Positions 10,245 through 20,950 of a stretch of 46,254 nucleotides of DNA are shown piece after piece (position 1 is the first letter of the stretch; each line of letters begins with the position of its first letter). The notes below the pieces were generated by a model, which did no database searches, was not told where the DNA came from, and worked only from the letters and a program-made list of their open reading frames with translations. Made by a program: the position numbers and the translations under genes. This DNA comes from Chrysochromulina tobinii (lineage: Eukaryota). The stretch spans positions 1 through 46,254 of the forward strand of contig JWZX01003119.1 of the NCBI GenBank assembly GCA_001275005.1. Direction: 5' to 3'.

Positions 10245-13200
10245 ATGGCTACAAGTAGCTCGCGGGGTATTCAGCGCGCCGGAGCGGAGCGCCTCTTCAG
10301 TCGTGCGCTGCACGACCTGCTGCTGCTGCCCGATGGCGTCGGCGGCTGGCACGAGCTCACGCCAGTGCAGGCGTGGCGGCTGCGCGACCGGCTCAAGACA
10401 GTGGCAGCCGCACTCGTGCTCTGCCTCAACGTGGGCGTCGACCCGCCAGATGTGATCAAGCCCGACCCGTGCGCGCGCCTCGAGTGCTGGCTCGACCCCG
10501 CATCGATGCCCGCGCAGAAGGCGCTCGAGGCCATCGGAAAGGCGCTGCAGGCACAGTACGAGTGCTGGCAGCCGCGCGCGTCCTACCGGCTGTGTGCCGA
10601 CCCGACGCTCGAGGAGCTGCGTAAGGTGTGCGTCGGGCTACGGCGCAATCACGGTGGCCGCGAGGAGCGGCTGCTTCTGCACTTCAACGGGCATGGCGTG
10701 CCGCGCCCATCGGTCAACGGCGAGCTGTGGGTCTTCAACCGATCGTTCACGCAGTACATCCCTGTGTCGGCGTACGATCTGCAGCTGTGGCTGGGCTCGC
10801 CGTGCATCCTGGTGCTCGACTGCTCGAACGCGGCGCGGGTCATCGAGGCGCTCGGCACCATGATGGCCGCGCCCGCCGCGGGCGGTGCCTCGGCTGGCGG
10901 CGCGGCTGGCGGCGCGAGCGGCGGTGCGAGCGGCGCATCGCCTGCCGATGGCGCTGGCGCAGGGGTCGGCGGCACAGCCAGAGGCGTGACAGGCGCGGGT
11001 GGTGGCAGCGGCGCTGGCGCGGCGGGCAGCGGCGGCGCGCTCGGAGCCGGCGGCGACGGCACCACCGGAGCAAAGGGCCCCGCCGTGGGCTCTCCCGGTG
11101 AGGGCGGGGCGGTGCTCGGCAAGGACGTGATTGTGCTCGGTGCTTGCGACTCGACGGCGCAGCTGCCGACGAACCCGGAGTTTCCAGCGGACGTCTTCAC
11201 GTGCTGCCTCACCACGCCGCTGCGCATGGCGCTGCGCTTCGCCTGCCGCAACACGCTGCTCTACCTTCCCTCTGGTCCGATCGATACGCTTCCGGGTGCA
11301 CTGGGCGACCGTCGCTCGCCTCTCGGGGAGCTGAACTGGATCTTCACGGCGATCACGGACTCGATCGCGTGGGACGTGCTGCCGCGTGAGCTCTTCCGCC
11401 GCCTCTTCCGCCAAGACCTGCTTCTCGCCTCTCTGCTACGCAACTTTCTGCTCGCGCAGCGCATCCTCTCGCGCGCGGGCCTCTACCCCGTCTCCGCACC
11501 CGCGCTGCCGCCCATGCACCACCACCCACTGTGGGAGTCGTTCGACCTCGTGATCGAGGCGGCCATCTGCGACGCGAACGCGCGGCGCGGGCGCGAGGCG
11601 CCGCCGCCGCCGCCCTCGCCCTTCTTCTCAGACCAGCTCACCGCATTCGAAGTTTGGCTGCGGCTCGGCTCGCGTGGCACGCGCCGTCCGCCCGAGCAGC
11701 TGCCCATCCTATTGCAGGTGCTGCTCTCGCCCACTGATGGCCGCTGATTGCTACTGATGGCTTCTGACTGATTGCTACTGATCGATTGCCACTGATTGCC
11801 ACTGATTCGGGCAGATGCTGCTCTCGCCCGATCTTGACGAACCTTTGATTGCCTCCCTCATCAGGTGCTGCTCTCGCCCACGCATCGGCTGCGCGCGCTG
11901 CTGCTGCTTGGCCGCTTCGTGACGCTCGGCGCGTGGGCGGTCAGCGAGATGCTCTCGGTCGGCATCTTTCCCTACATTCTCAAGCTCCTCCTCTCGGCCG
12001 CTTCCGAGCTGCGCCCACCCTTGCTCTTCATTTGGGCCAGAGTGCTCCTGCATGACTCGTCGTGTCAGGCCGACCTTCAGCGTGACGCGGCGCACGCCTT
12101 TTTCATCGACATCCTGCGCCCGTCGGCCACTGCTGAGACGACGCGCTCGGGGCAGACGCCGTCGTATGGGTGGGTCGAAGGGATGGGCGCACCGACACCC
12201 CCCGTGCCACACTGCCTACTGGCCCTCTTTGTACTTGCCGCCGTGTGCCGTCAGCAGCCGGAGGGGCGCGCCGCGTGCCTGCGCCAGAACCTGCCCGAGT
12301 TGCTCGCTCAGCAGCTCGATCTCGCCCTCGATCTCGATCTCGACGGCGATTGCGACGGCGGCGGCGACGGCGGCGGCGATGGCGGCGATGGCGGCGGCGA
12401 TGGCGGCGGCGATGGCGGCGGCGATGAGCGACGCGAAGCAGCGGCAGAGGTGGCGGCCCGCTGTGGGCTGGACAGCACGGTCGGCTCGCTGCGCTCCCAG
12501 TGGATCGTGTGGATCTGCCTGTGCACCTCCCAGCTCTGTGAAGAGGACCAAGCCGCTCAGGATGCCGTGCATGCATGCCGCCTTGACCAACGGCTGCTGC
12601 GGGTGCTCCAAGAGGTGGAGCCCGAGGCGCGCGCGGCCGCACTGTACGCGCTCACGGCCGTGTGCTCGAGCATGGCTTCCTCGGGCGCGCCCTCAGCGCC
12701 CACGACAACGCCAGCCTCGGGCGCGCCCTCAGCGCCCACGACGACGCCAGCCTCGGGCGCGCCCTCGGCGCCCACGACGACGCCAGCCTCGGGCGCGCCC
12801 TCAGCGCCCACGACGACGCCAGCAGAAGCAGCGTGTCCGGTACCAGTGGGCGCTGTCGTGGGCGCGTCTGTGGCTTCGCCACCCTCCGCCGCCGAGGACT
12901 GGCGGCTCGAGCTCGGAGCCGAGGCAGTGCTCACGATCGCGGACGGCTCTCCCATCGTGCGTGCGCAGCTCTGTCGCCTGCTGCTCACGCTCACGCGTCG
13001 GCACCCAGGCCGGTGTGCCGATGGGTGCCATCAGCTGCTCTGGCTCCGCGCGCAGTCGATGAGCACTTTGGGCTCCGTGCACGGCGGCGGCGGCTTGAGC
13101 AGCGGTGGGATGCTGCCCTTTTCATCCAGTGCGCTCGGAGCAGGCGTCTACACCACTGGAGGGGGGGGCGAGCTCGCGAGGGGAAGCGCCGCGCCGCAGC

Positions 13201-16200
13201 TGGCTGGACGCCCTCCCCTCCCCGGCGCATCAGATCTGTCGCAAGGGTACACGCGCCATCTACTCTCGCAAGGGTACATGCAGGAGGCGCCCGGCGCGGG
13301 CGGCGCCGGCGCCGGCGCCGGCGCCGGCTCGAGGAACAGCAGCAACAGCAGCCTGGATGCATGCGGCTCACCCGGCGGAGTTTCGATGGGTGGGGCGGCC
13401 GTGGGCACTGTCATGGGCGCTGTCGTGGGCACTGGCGGGGGTGAGGGCGTTGTCGTGGGCACTGGCGGGGGTGAGGGCGTGGGCAGCACCGGCGCGGAGA
13501 GCGTCGAGGGCATCGAGAGCCGCGTATCGCTCACTTCGCTCACTGGTCTGCCAAGGGGTATGAGCACGAGCGCCGGTATGGGCTCGAGCTCGCGCGAGCT
13601 CGACACGACGACCGTCGTATCGGGGCTGACCCCGACCCTCGGCCTCGGAGAAGCGTTTGCGAGCCATGCGATCATGATGAAGCATGCCATGGTGCTCGAG
13701 CCACGGATGATTGGACACTCTCTGGCGACCGCCGCTGAGCTCTCTGCGACCCTCTTTGCAGCGGCCATGAGGGTGACGGCCTCGGCCGCGAGCATGGCGA
13801 CGCCCACGGCGACGCCCAAGCTGTCGGCGGCGCATGGTGGCCAAGAGCAGCCGCCCCTGCGCGCCCGCGCCGTGCTGAGCGCTGTCCACGGAGGCAGCGC
13901 CCCCCGCCCCGCTGTCAAAGCGCCGCCTTCGCCACTGCGCGGTCAAAGCCTCTCGCCACTGCGCGGTCCAAGCATCGTCAATGAGGCGTTACAGATCGCC
14001 GAGCGTGTCACGGCCGCAGCGCGCGATGTCGCCGCCGCCGAGAGCGATGCCGCGGATGCGGCGGCCGCGATGCTGGCCGTCGAGGGCGGCGCCGTGGCGG
14101 CGGCGACAATTAAGCTGTGTGCGGCACTGATCCTGATCGCCCGGGACTCGGTGCCGCGCATCGCCACGCGCGCGCAGCAACAGTTGCGTGCCCTCGTGCC
14201 ACTCGCGTCCCTATCCTCGCCGATGCATCCCACCGCCACACCTCTATTGCCGCGCGCCGCCCCCACGCCTGAGATGTCGCGGCGCGCCGGCGCGAGCGGC
14301 GGCGGGGCTGGGTGTGTGCCCACGTCGGGCAGTGAGGACAGCGGCGCCGAGCGCAGCGGAGCTTTTTTTGGAGCGCGGCTGCAGCGGCCGATGGCGCTGG
14401 CGCTGGGGTCGGCGGCCGGTGGTGCCGGCAGTGCTGGCGCCGAGAATCTCGACGAAACGAGTCATCCGGGCATACCGCCATACACGGGAGCCATTCACAC
14501 GGGAGCCATTCACACGGGAGCCATTCACACGGGAGCCATTCACACGGGAGCCATTCACACGGGAGCCATGGCCATGCCACGTGGCGCTGTGCCGGCGCGT
14601 TCACTCACTACGACGCCGTTTCGAGATGGTACGCCGCCGGTGGCGCTGACCCCGGAGCCTCCTATGGGAGGGATTGCGAACGGTGCGGACGCGTTCGCTC
14701 AGCTGATGCCACGCGCCGAGCTGAGCGCCGAGTTGCCCCCTCCGCTCGAGCTGGGCGGCGACATGTACGAGTGGGCCACCCAGCAGCTCCACAGGGGCTT
14801 TCCTACCATCAGCGATCGCGGCGAGATCCAACCTCCCCGCGGGCAAGAGAGGCGTGCCCACCCATTTTTGGCTGTCGCGGCGGCCCTTGTCGACCCCGCC
14901 GTCGCGGCGGCGGCGGCGGCGGTGGCCGATGCCGCCAACGGCGGCGCGGGCGCCATATCGAGCGCCAACGGGGGCGCGGGCACCGGCGACGCCGGCGTCT
15001 CGACGCCGAGCACACTGGAGCGCCCCGCCAGACCCACGAAGAGCTATACGATGGCTTTTGGGGGGCTACGCATCGGCGGCGGCGACGACCGTGAACGGCA
15101 GCAGGCGGTGAGCCTCAAGTGTGAAGACCAGCTAGCAACCCTTGACAGCGGCTCCCCGCGCTGCTCGTCGCTAGCGCTCCATGCGAGTGAGCCGCTCCTG
15201 GTCGCCGCCTCGGCACGTGAGGAGGTCTCTGTGTGGAACTACAAGACGAAGCAGCGCATCAATGCCTTTGCCAACGCGAACCCGGCCGGCTCTCGCTGCA
15301 CCTCGATGCACCTGCTCGAATCGGCTGGAAGTCTCGTCAATGGGCATGCGTCCGGCTTACTCCTCGTCGGCTCCAGTGAAGGCGCCGTGCGTATCTGGCG
15401 TCAATGGGCGTTGCCTGGCGAGCAGCAGATGGTGGGCTCCTTTTTGGCAGCGGACCGGTCCGCTGCTGCCACCGAAGCAGCGAGTCTGCACGACAGTCGA
15501 CTGTTCACTGCGTACCAGCCTCAGGGTGCGCTCCTCAGCGTCGCGGCGAGCACCTCGAATGTCATCCGCCAGTGGGACCTGGTCGCCGAACGGTGCGCGC
15601 GCCAGCTCACAGTCGACGTGGCCGACGCCTTCTCCGTGCGCGCTCTCGCCTCGGACCAGCATTCATCGCTTCTCGTCGTGGGGGGTACCGACGGCGCGAC
15701 ACGTATTATCGACCCGCGACTTCCCTCCGCGGATTGCACCGTGGCCACGGTCGGCGCTTTCGCGTCGCGCGCGCACATCGCGCAGCTGACCCTGCAGACC
15801 TCCGATCGTCCCTGGGTCGCTATCGCCACGCATCTGGGCGACATGGGCGTGTGGGACCTGCGCCGCGCCGTATCGAGCGCTTCGGCCCTTCCCCACAGCT
15901 CATCGTCGGCCGCGCCACTCGTGCACACCATCACCTCGCACAAGTCTGGCCTCTCGGCCCTCTCGCTGCACGACCACCTGCCTCTGCTCGCCTCGGGCTC
16001 TCGCAATCAATTCATCAAGCTCTTCGACCTGACCGCGCTCCGCGACAACGCCGGCCCCGCACGTGAGCTCTCGACGATCCGTTACTTTGACGGCTTCCTT
16101 GGAGCCCGTATCGGGCCCGTCACGTGCCTCGCCTTCCACCCGACCAAGCCCCTCCTCGCCGTCGGCGCGACTGACTCCGTCGTCAGCATCTACTCATCGT

Positions 16201-16202
16201 GA
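10245..16202 (+). CDS. RPTOR: Regulatory-associated protein of TOR (Raptor/KOG1); exons 10245-11717 and 11865-16202
   Basis: RNC domain (WRLRDRLKT..ALVLCLNVGVDPPDVIK, LLHFNGHGVP, PADVFTCCLTTP, LGELNWIFTAITDSIAW), PPEQLPILLQ|VLLSPTHRLRAL across the intron, and a C-terminal WD40 region ending IRYFDGFLGARIGPVTCLAFHP. Confidence 0.96.
11718..11864 (+). other. GT-AG intron of Raptor with a duplicated splice junction
   Basis: Removal restores LLQ|VLLS. CAGGTGCTGCTCTCGCCCAC occurs at 11715-11734 and 11862-11881. Confidence 0.9.
12680..12823 (+). repeat. Coding 36-bp tandem repeat x4 (SGAPSAPTTTPA) in Raptor
   Basis: Four near-identical CTCGGGCGCGCCCTCAGCGCCCACGACGACGCCAGC units. Confidence 0.9.
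14483..14569 (+). repeat. Coding 15-bp tandem repeat (TGAIH) x5-6 in Raptor
   Basis: Repeated CACGGGAGCCATTCA. Confidence 0.9.
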
Positions 16203-16657
16203 GGGCGTGTGTCGCCCCGCGACGCGTGGCTTCGCATCAAGAGCGTCTCCAATTATAAGTGGCTGCCGCGAGCGGGGCTCGTGAGGCGCGTAATACTAGT
16301 AGAGAAACAAATGGCAGTACGCACGGATGTTTCTCTTTTAACCTAGTGCTGCATGGACACTGTGACACCCAACTCCCAAGGCGCGGAAACGTCGTACCCC
16401 CGTCCGTGCCGTGGCCCGTGCCGGTTCCCTGCCGGACGAGCGCACCCCGACCCCGGGCGCCGGAGCCGGAGGGGCGTTACTTAGTACATAGTAGTACGCT
16501 AGTACCGTGGTTCTATTTAAATAAAATGACAGTCGCACTCTGTCAGCACTCTGTGGTGTGACGTTGACGCATTGCGTGGAAACGAAGTTTCGTCAGACGA
16601 AAACCACCATCATATTCATCTAAAACTCCGCCACGCTTTTATTTTATATTTAGGTTT

Positions 16658-17536
16658 TTAGCAGTGGTCGTCGTGGAATTCCCACTGCATGTTGCGCGTC
16701 TTCTGCCCCTGCGACATCACTACGGTCGAGTCGTTATCTGGCGGGCGCTTCTTCGCCTTTGCGGAGGAGAGCATCGAGAGCAGCGACAGCGACAGCGACT
16801 TGACATCGGTCTTCGGGTCCCAGTCATTGTAAAGGATGTTGAGGCAGATCTTGCCGTCTGAATAGATGTGCTCGTGCACGGGCGCGGGGCGCATGAAGGT
16901 GACCGTGGGCGGCTGGGTAGGGTAGTCGGCGTGGAAGCGCACGCGCAGCCGGTAGATCTCGCCCTCGTAGATCGTGCCCGGCGCTCCCACCATCTTGACG
17001 ACCCAATCCGTGATGCATTCACAGTCCTCAACCTCGATGCCAATCTCGGGACCGTCGCGCTTCATGATGCGAAGGTCCTTGAGGACGCGCATACGCGAGC
17101 CCGCCTGCAGCTCTTCCTCGTTGAGCTTCTTGCGCTGCGTGCGCCAGCTCTCGTCGTCCGGCGCGAACCCGCACATCTTGCTGCTGTCGCCAAGGATGTC
17201 CTTCTTCGCCTCGTTCTTGGCGTAAGAGTACGAGGGCGACAGCAGCGAGAGCAGCATCTTCCAGAGCTTCACGAGGCCGCTAAAGCACGTTGGCTGAGCT
17301 AACGCCGAGCTTCCGTCCTCGGGTGACGGCAGCGTGTCGCTCGCTCCTGCTGCTGCTGGCGGCACGCTGGCCGGCAGCGTATCGCCGTCGACTCCCGCGC
17401 CGCCACGAAGCGCGAGGAGCGCCGATCGCCGCCCGGACGGCCGTGGTATGATGCGCACGGCGTCGGTAGCAGCGCTTAGCAGCAGCAGCAGCAGCAGTGG
17501 CGACGTGGGCAGGCGCAATCGTGCGTCTTCACGCAT
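16658..17536 (-). CDS. UBE2W: E2 ubiquitin-conjugating enzyme, UBE2W-like, with an N-terminal signal peptide extension
   Basis: UBC core GTIYEGEIYRL..F..DYPTQPP and HEHIYSDGKICLNIL (catalytic Cys). The C-terminus RPPDND...WEFHDD is typical of UBE2W. N-terminal LLLLLLLSAATDA. Confidence 0.85.
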   Translation of the reverse strand: MREDARLRLPTSPLLLLLLLSAATDAVRIIPRPSGRRSALLALRGGAGVDGDTLPASVPPAAAGASDTLPSPEDGSSALAQPTCFSGLVKLWKMLLSLLSPSYSYAKNEAKKDILGDSSKMCGFAPDDESWRTQRKKLNEEELQAGSRMRVLKDLRIMKRDGPEIGIEVEDCECITDWVVKMVGAPGTIYEGEIYRLRVRFHADYPTQPPTVTFMRPAPVHEHIYSDGKICLNILYNDWDPKTDVKSLSLSLLSMLSSAKAKKRPPDNDSTVVMSQGQKTRNMQWEFHDDHC

Positions 17537-18057
17537 GATGCAAGCGCCACCTCAGCTCGAGAGTCCAATGCTCGTCCTCAGCTCGAGTGTTCAAAACAAC
17601 GCGTACGAAGCCTCATACACCGTACTCTACGGACTCCCGTGCACAGGAGCCACTATCACTATGGGCGGAGATGTGGCCAACACAACCTGTTTGAACATAG
17701 GCCGTTAATCGGCAATGCGTGGGGGTCAGAGAAAGCCGGCATGCCGGCTAAACAGCGATCAGCGCTGTACTTTTCTCGGTGTAGTCTGCCTCTCTGGACT
17801 CAGAAAGGGGATGCACCTGGGATGACACATGGTTAGTGACATGGGACTGGGGTCTGGGGACCATGCACTCGAGTATTACTGCTGCGCACCTACACGCTGC
17901 TCTGTACGACTGACGACTGTATCGGTATGAGGACTCGCACCTATGTGCGATAGAGGGGGGCATTCCCCTCCATCGCCCCCACCATCCCCTGGACGGGAGC
18001 ATGGCCGCATGCCCCTGTCCTCCCGCGAGAGCACTCCGAGGAGACATGCGAGGCAAC

Positions 18058-18729
18058 CTAATCCATGATGAGTGATGGCGATGTGTTTGTCTGGGAGTTG
18101 GAGTTGAACATGAGCGCCGCCGGGGAGCCAACGCGCGAGCTGCTTCTGCTGTTCATGCTGCTTCTGCTGTTCACAATCGTGACCGGCGAGCCAGGGCGCG
18201 AGTCGCTGCTAAAGAAGGACCTCGTGCCGAAGTCGGGATCAAGCGTGTCATCGACCTTGTATGCGCCCCGCTGGAGCACGTTATCCAGGTGTCCGGGCGT
18301 CCATTGGACCGGCGATGAACGGCCGGTGTGGCTCGTCACAGGCCTGAACGAGAGCCGGGAGGACGAGCGGCTGGGCTCATACCGCCACCCAGGCTGCCGC
18401 GGCTCCTTGTATGCCCATGGCGGTGGAAGGGGCGTGAGCATAAAAGCCTTCGCCGTGTACGTGTGCGGCTCGGGAAAGCGATTCCTGACCGGCGAGCCGA
18501 ATTTCGGGCCAAACTTGGTGCCACACCCGCCGCGCGAGGCGGGCCGATATTTTTCCGCAGGCGGGACGTCGTAGTGCTTGGCTGCACCGTCAGGCAGGGC
18601 CCCTAGCGGAAGTCGGATCGAGCAGCTGCCGGTGCCTGGACCCCTGAGAGGACCGAGCGTTGGTGAGGAGAATGAACGCTCGAAGCCAGAAATGCCGCCG
18701 CCGTTGCGTGGGAGCGAATTTTGCGGCAT
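18058..18729 (-). CDS. Hypothetical P/S/G/R-rich protein
   Basis: 223-codon ATG-initiated ORF filling an otherwise empty gene-sized interval; no recognisable domain. Confidence 0.4.
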   Translation of the reverse strand: MPQNSLPRNGGGISGFERSFSSPTLGPLRGPGTGSCSIRLPLGALPDGAAKHYDVPPAEKYRPASRGGCGTKFGPKFGSPVRNRFPEPHTYTAKAFMLTPLPPPWAYKEPRQPGWRYEPSRSSSRLSFRPVTSHTGRSSPVQWTPGHLDNVLQRGAYKVDDTLDPDFGTRSFFSSDSRPGSPVTIVNSRSSMNSRSSSRVGSPAALMFNSNSQTNTSPSLIMD

Positions 18730-19009
18730 CGTCGTCAATCAGATGGCGGCGGCTTCCTGGGAGCAGCTCGACGAGGTAGAGGGCGATCCCGAACCCGAAC
18801 TGCGATGAACGTCAGTGATGATTCCAAATTGATGCAACTTCTTTACATGTACATCTCGTTTTGATGACAGTGCCACATGACAGTGCTCGAGTCGATGGGT
18901 ACGTCGAGGACCCTGGGAGGTGCGCGTGATTATTGTTTGCTACCTTCCTCCCTAAAAAGGGCTCCCAATTAATTGGCATCAGGATTCTTTCATTTTCTGT
19001 GCGACTTCG

Positions 19010-20606
19010 ATGAAATCAGCCGACGGCGGACGGATGCCTATGGAAGCCGCATCCTGCACTGCGATGGACGCCATCACGGCGCCGACCCAACTTCTCGATC
19101 TCACCATGGAGTTGCGGCCGCTCACCTTCGTGGGTCTCACTCATGCCGATTTGGCACGCGTCGCCAGGGTGTGCTGGGCGCTCTGCACAGCCGTGGGAGA
19201 GGCGCGGTGTTCTTGTGGGCAATTGAGCATCGAAGACGTTGGCCAGCCAGCGATCCACTTGTCATCGTCGAGAGGGGCGGCTGCGAGCCTTCGCGGGTCG
19301 GATGGGTCGTTCGATTGTGCGGGCACGTCGCAACACGAGACAGTGCTGATGAGCGTGGCTCGAATCGCAGGAACAGACGATCCTTGGGATCATGTACCGC
19401 GGATAGTTTTCCGCGCCCTTCTCTCTCTGCCGAATCTGCTCGAGCTGCGCCTGAGCGGCCTCGTGGGTCTGACGGACACGTGCGTTTCGTCCGCCCTCAC
19501 ACCAGCGCTCACGCACTTGCCACGTCTGAGCGTGCTTGATCTCAGCCTCCACGGCTGTCGGCACGCTTGGCGTGCTCAGCCTGCGTACATTGGCGCGCCT
19601 CGAGGAGCTTCACCTCGTCTACTGTGCTCTGGTCTCATACGCTGCGGTGCTCTGCCTGCGCACCGCATGCCCGAGGCTCCGGCTCATCCGCCGGCTGCCG
19701 GCGTGGGCCTGCGGCACCTTCGAGACGCCGTGGGGTGAAGAGCATACGTATTGGCCTTGCGGCGCCTTCAGCTTCCGCCGCACGCTCCAGTCCCGTGGCT
19801 TTGTGGCGCAGCTGCGAGTGCGCCAGGGCACTGGCATGCTCGAGGAGTACGTCGAGGATCGACTCGTCTTCGTCGACCTCGAGCCGGATGAAGTCGCCCT
19901 CAACGGTCGCATCGGCGTGTGCCTGCGCCCGCTGGGCGTGCCTTCTATCCACACGGCGCCCGACACGGCGCGGGGCGTGCCTTCTATCCACACGGCGCCC
20001 GACACGGCGCGGGGCGTGCCTTCTATCCACACGGCGCCCGACACGGCGCGGGGCGTGCCTTCGAGCCACATGGCGCCCGACACGGCGCTGTTCATGGGCA
20101 AGGCGCCCAGTGTGCTCGTGTGGCAAGACCGCCATCTGCCGCAGGAGATTTTGGGTCCGCGCCTGGGCCCGAACATCCCGCCGCAGCTCGCCTCGGGATA
20201 TGCGGTGCCGGCGCCTGGCCAGTCGGTGCAGTTGGGCCCCTTCCTCGTGTCCACCATGATGGTCCGCCCACTCCTGGATTCAGGCCACGCCCACGACAGC
20301 GCCGCGCCGCCTGCCGAGCTCGACGCGCGGCTTCGTCACTTTTGCCTCGAGTCCGCCGACCCACACCCTCCGGTGCATCCGCCGGGGGCCGTACCGATAA
20401 GTGTGCTCACGCGGGGCCATGCGGAGTCGGTCGCGTTCTGGTCCATTCAGGGCGAGGCCGCGATCCTACGGAATATTTCGGACGATGAGCTCATCGTGCT
20501 CAGGGCGACCAAGGACCGTGAGCTCAAGGAGACGCTCGAGCGCCGAGTCGAGCAGTGCTTCAAGAGCGCCGTGGTGGGCGATTATTTCGATGATGTCTCA
20601 CGATGA
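19010..20606 (+). CDS. F-box-like / leucine-rich repeat protein, +1 frameshift near 19547
   Basis: LLDLTMEL...F..L...DLARVARVC is F-box-like. LRRs LLELRLSG..GLTD and LSVLDLS continue as LEELHLVYC...CPRLRLI after removing one C at about 19547. Confidence 0.65.
19935..20088 (+). repeat. Coding 39-bp tandem repeat x~4 (GVPSIHTAPDTAR)
   Basis: Three perfect copies and one degenerate copy of GGCGTGCCTTCTATCCACACGGCGCCCGACACGGCGCGG. Confidence 0.9.
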
Positions 20607-20950
20607 TACGGAGCGCATCTGCGGGTGAAATGTCTCTAGAACGTCGAGGTTGTGGAAATACCCGGTGTCTATGTGTCGAACTTTCACCTTGGGCTGTGAA
20701 CACGCGCGAGATCGTTGTGGGAAGCAATTCCGTGAAACGCGCCGTCACTTTCGTTGACGCTCTTTGAAAAACTTATGAAAAACGCGTCAAAGAAGAGGCC
20801 ACGTGCAGTCTCGCTGTTGCCGTGCGGTATTGAGTTTTCTCATGGGGTTTTCCAGGTGTTAAAAAACAATGGATGTGAAATCACACTGTGTGTCTTCATA
20901 TGAACACGCCTCCTGTTTGCGTTCAGTCAGACGATTCAAAAATTGCGAAC

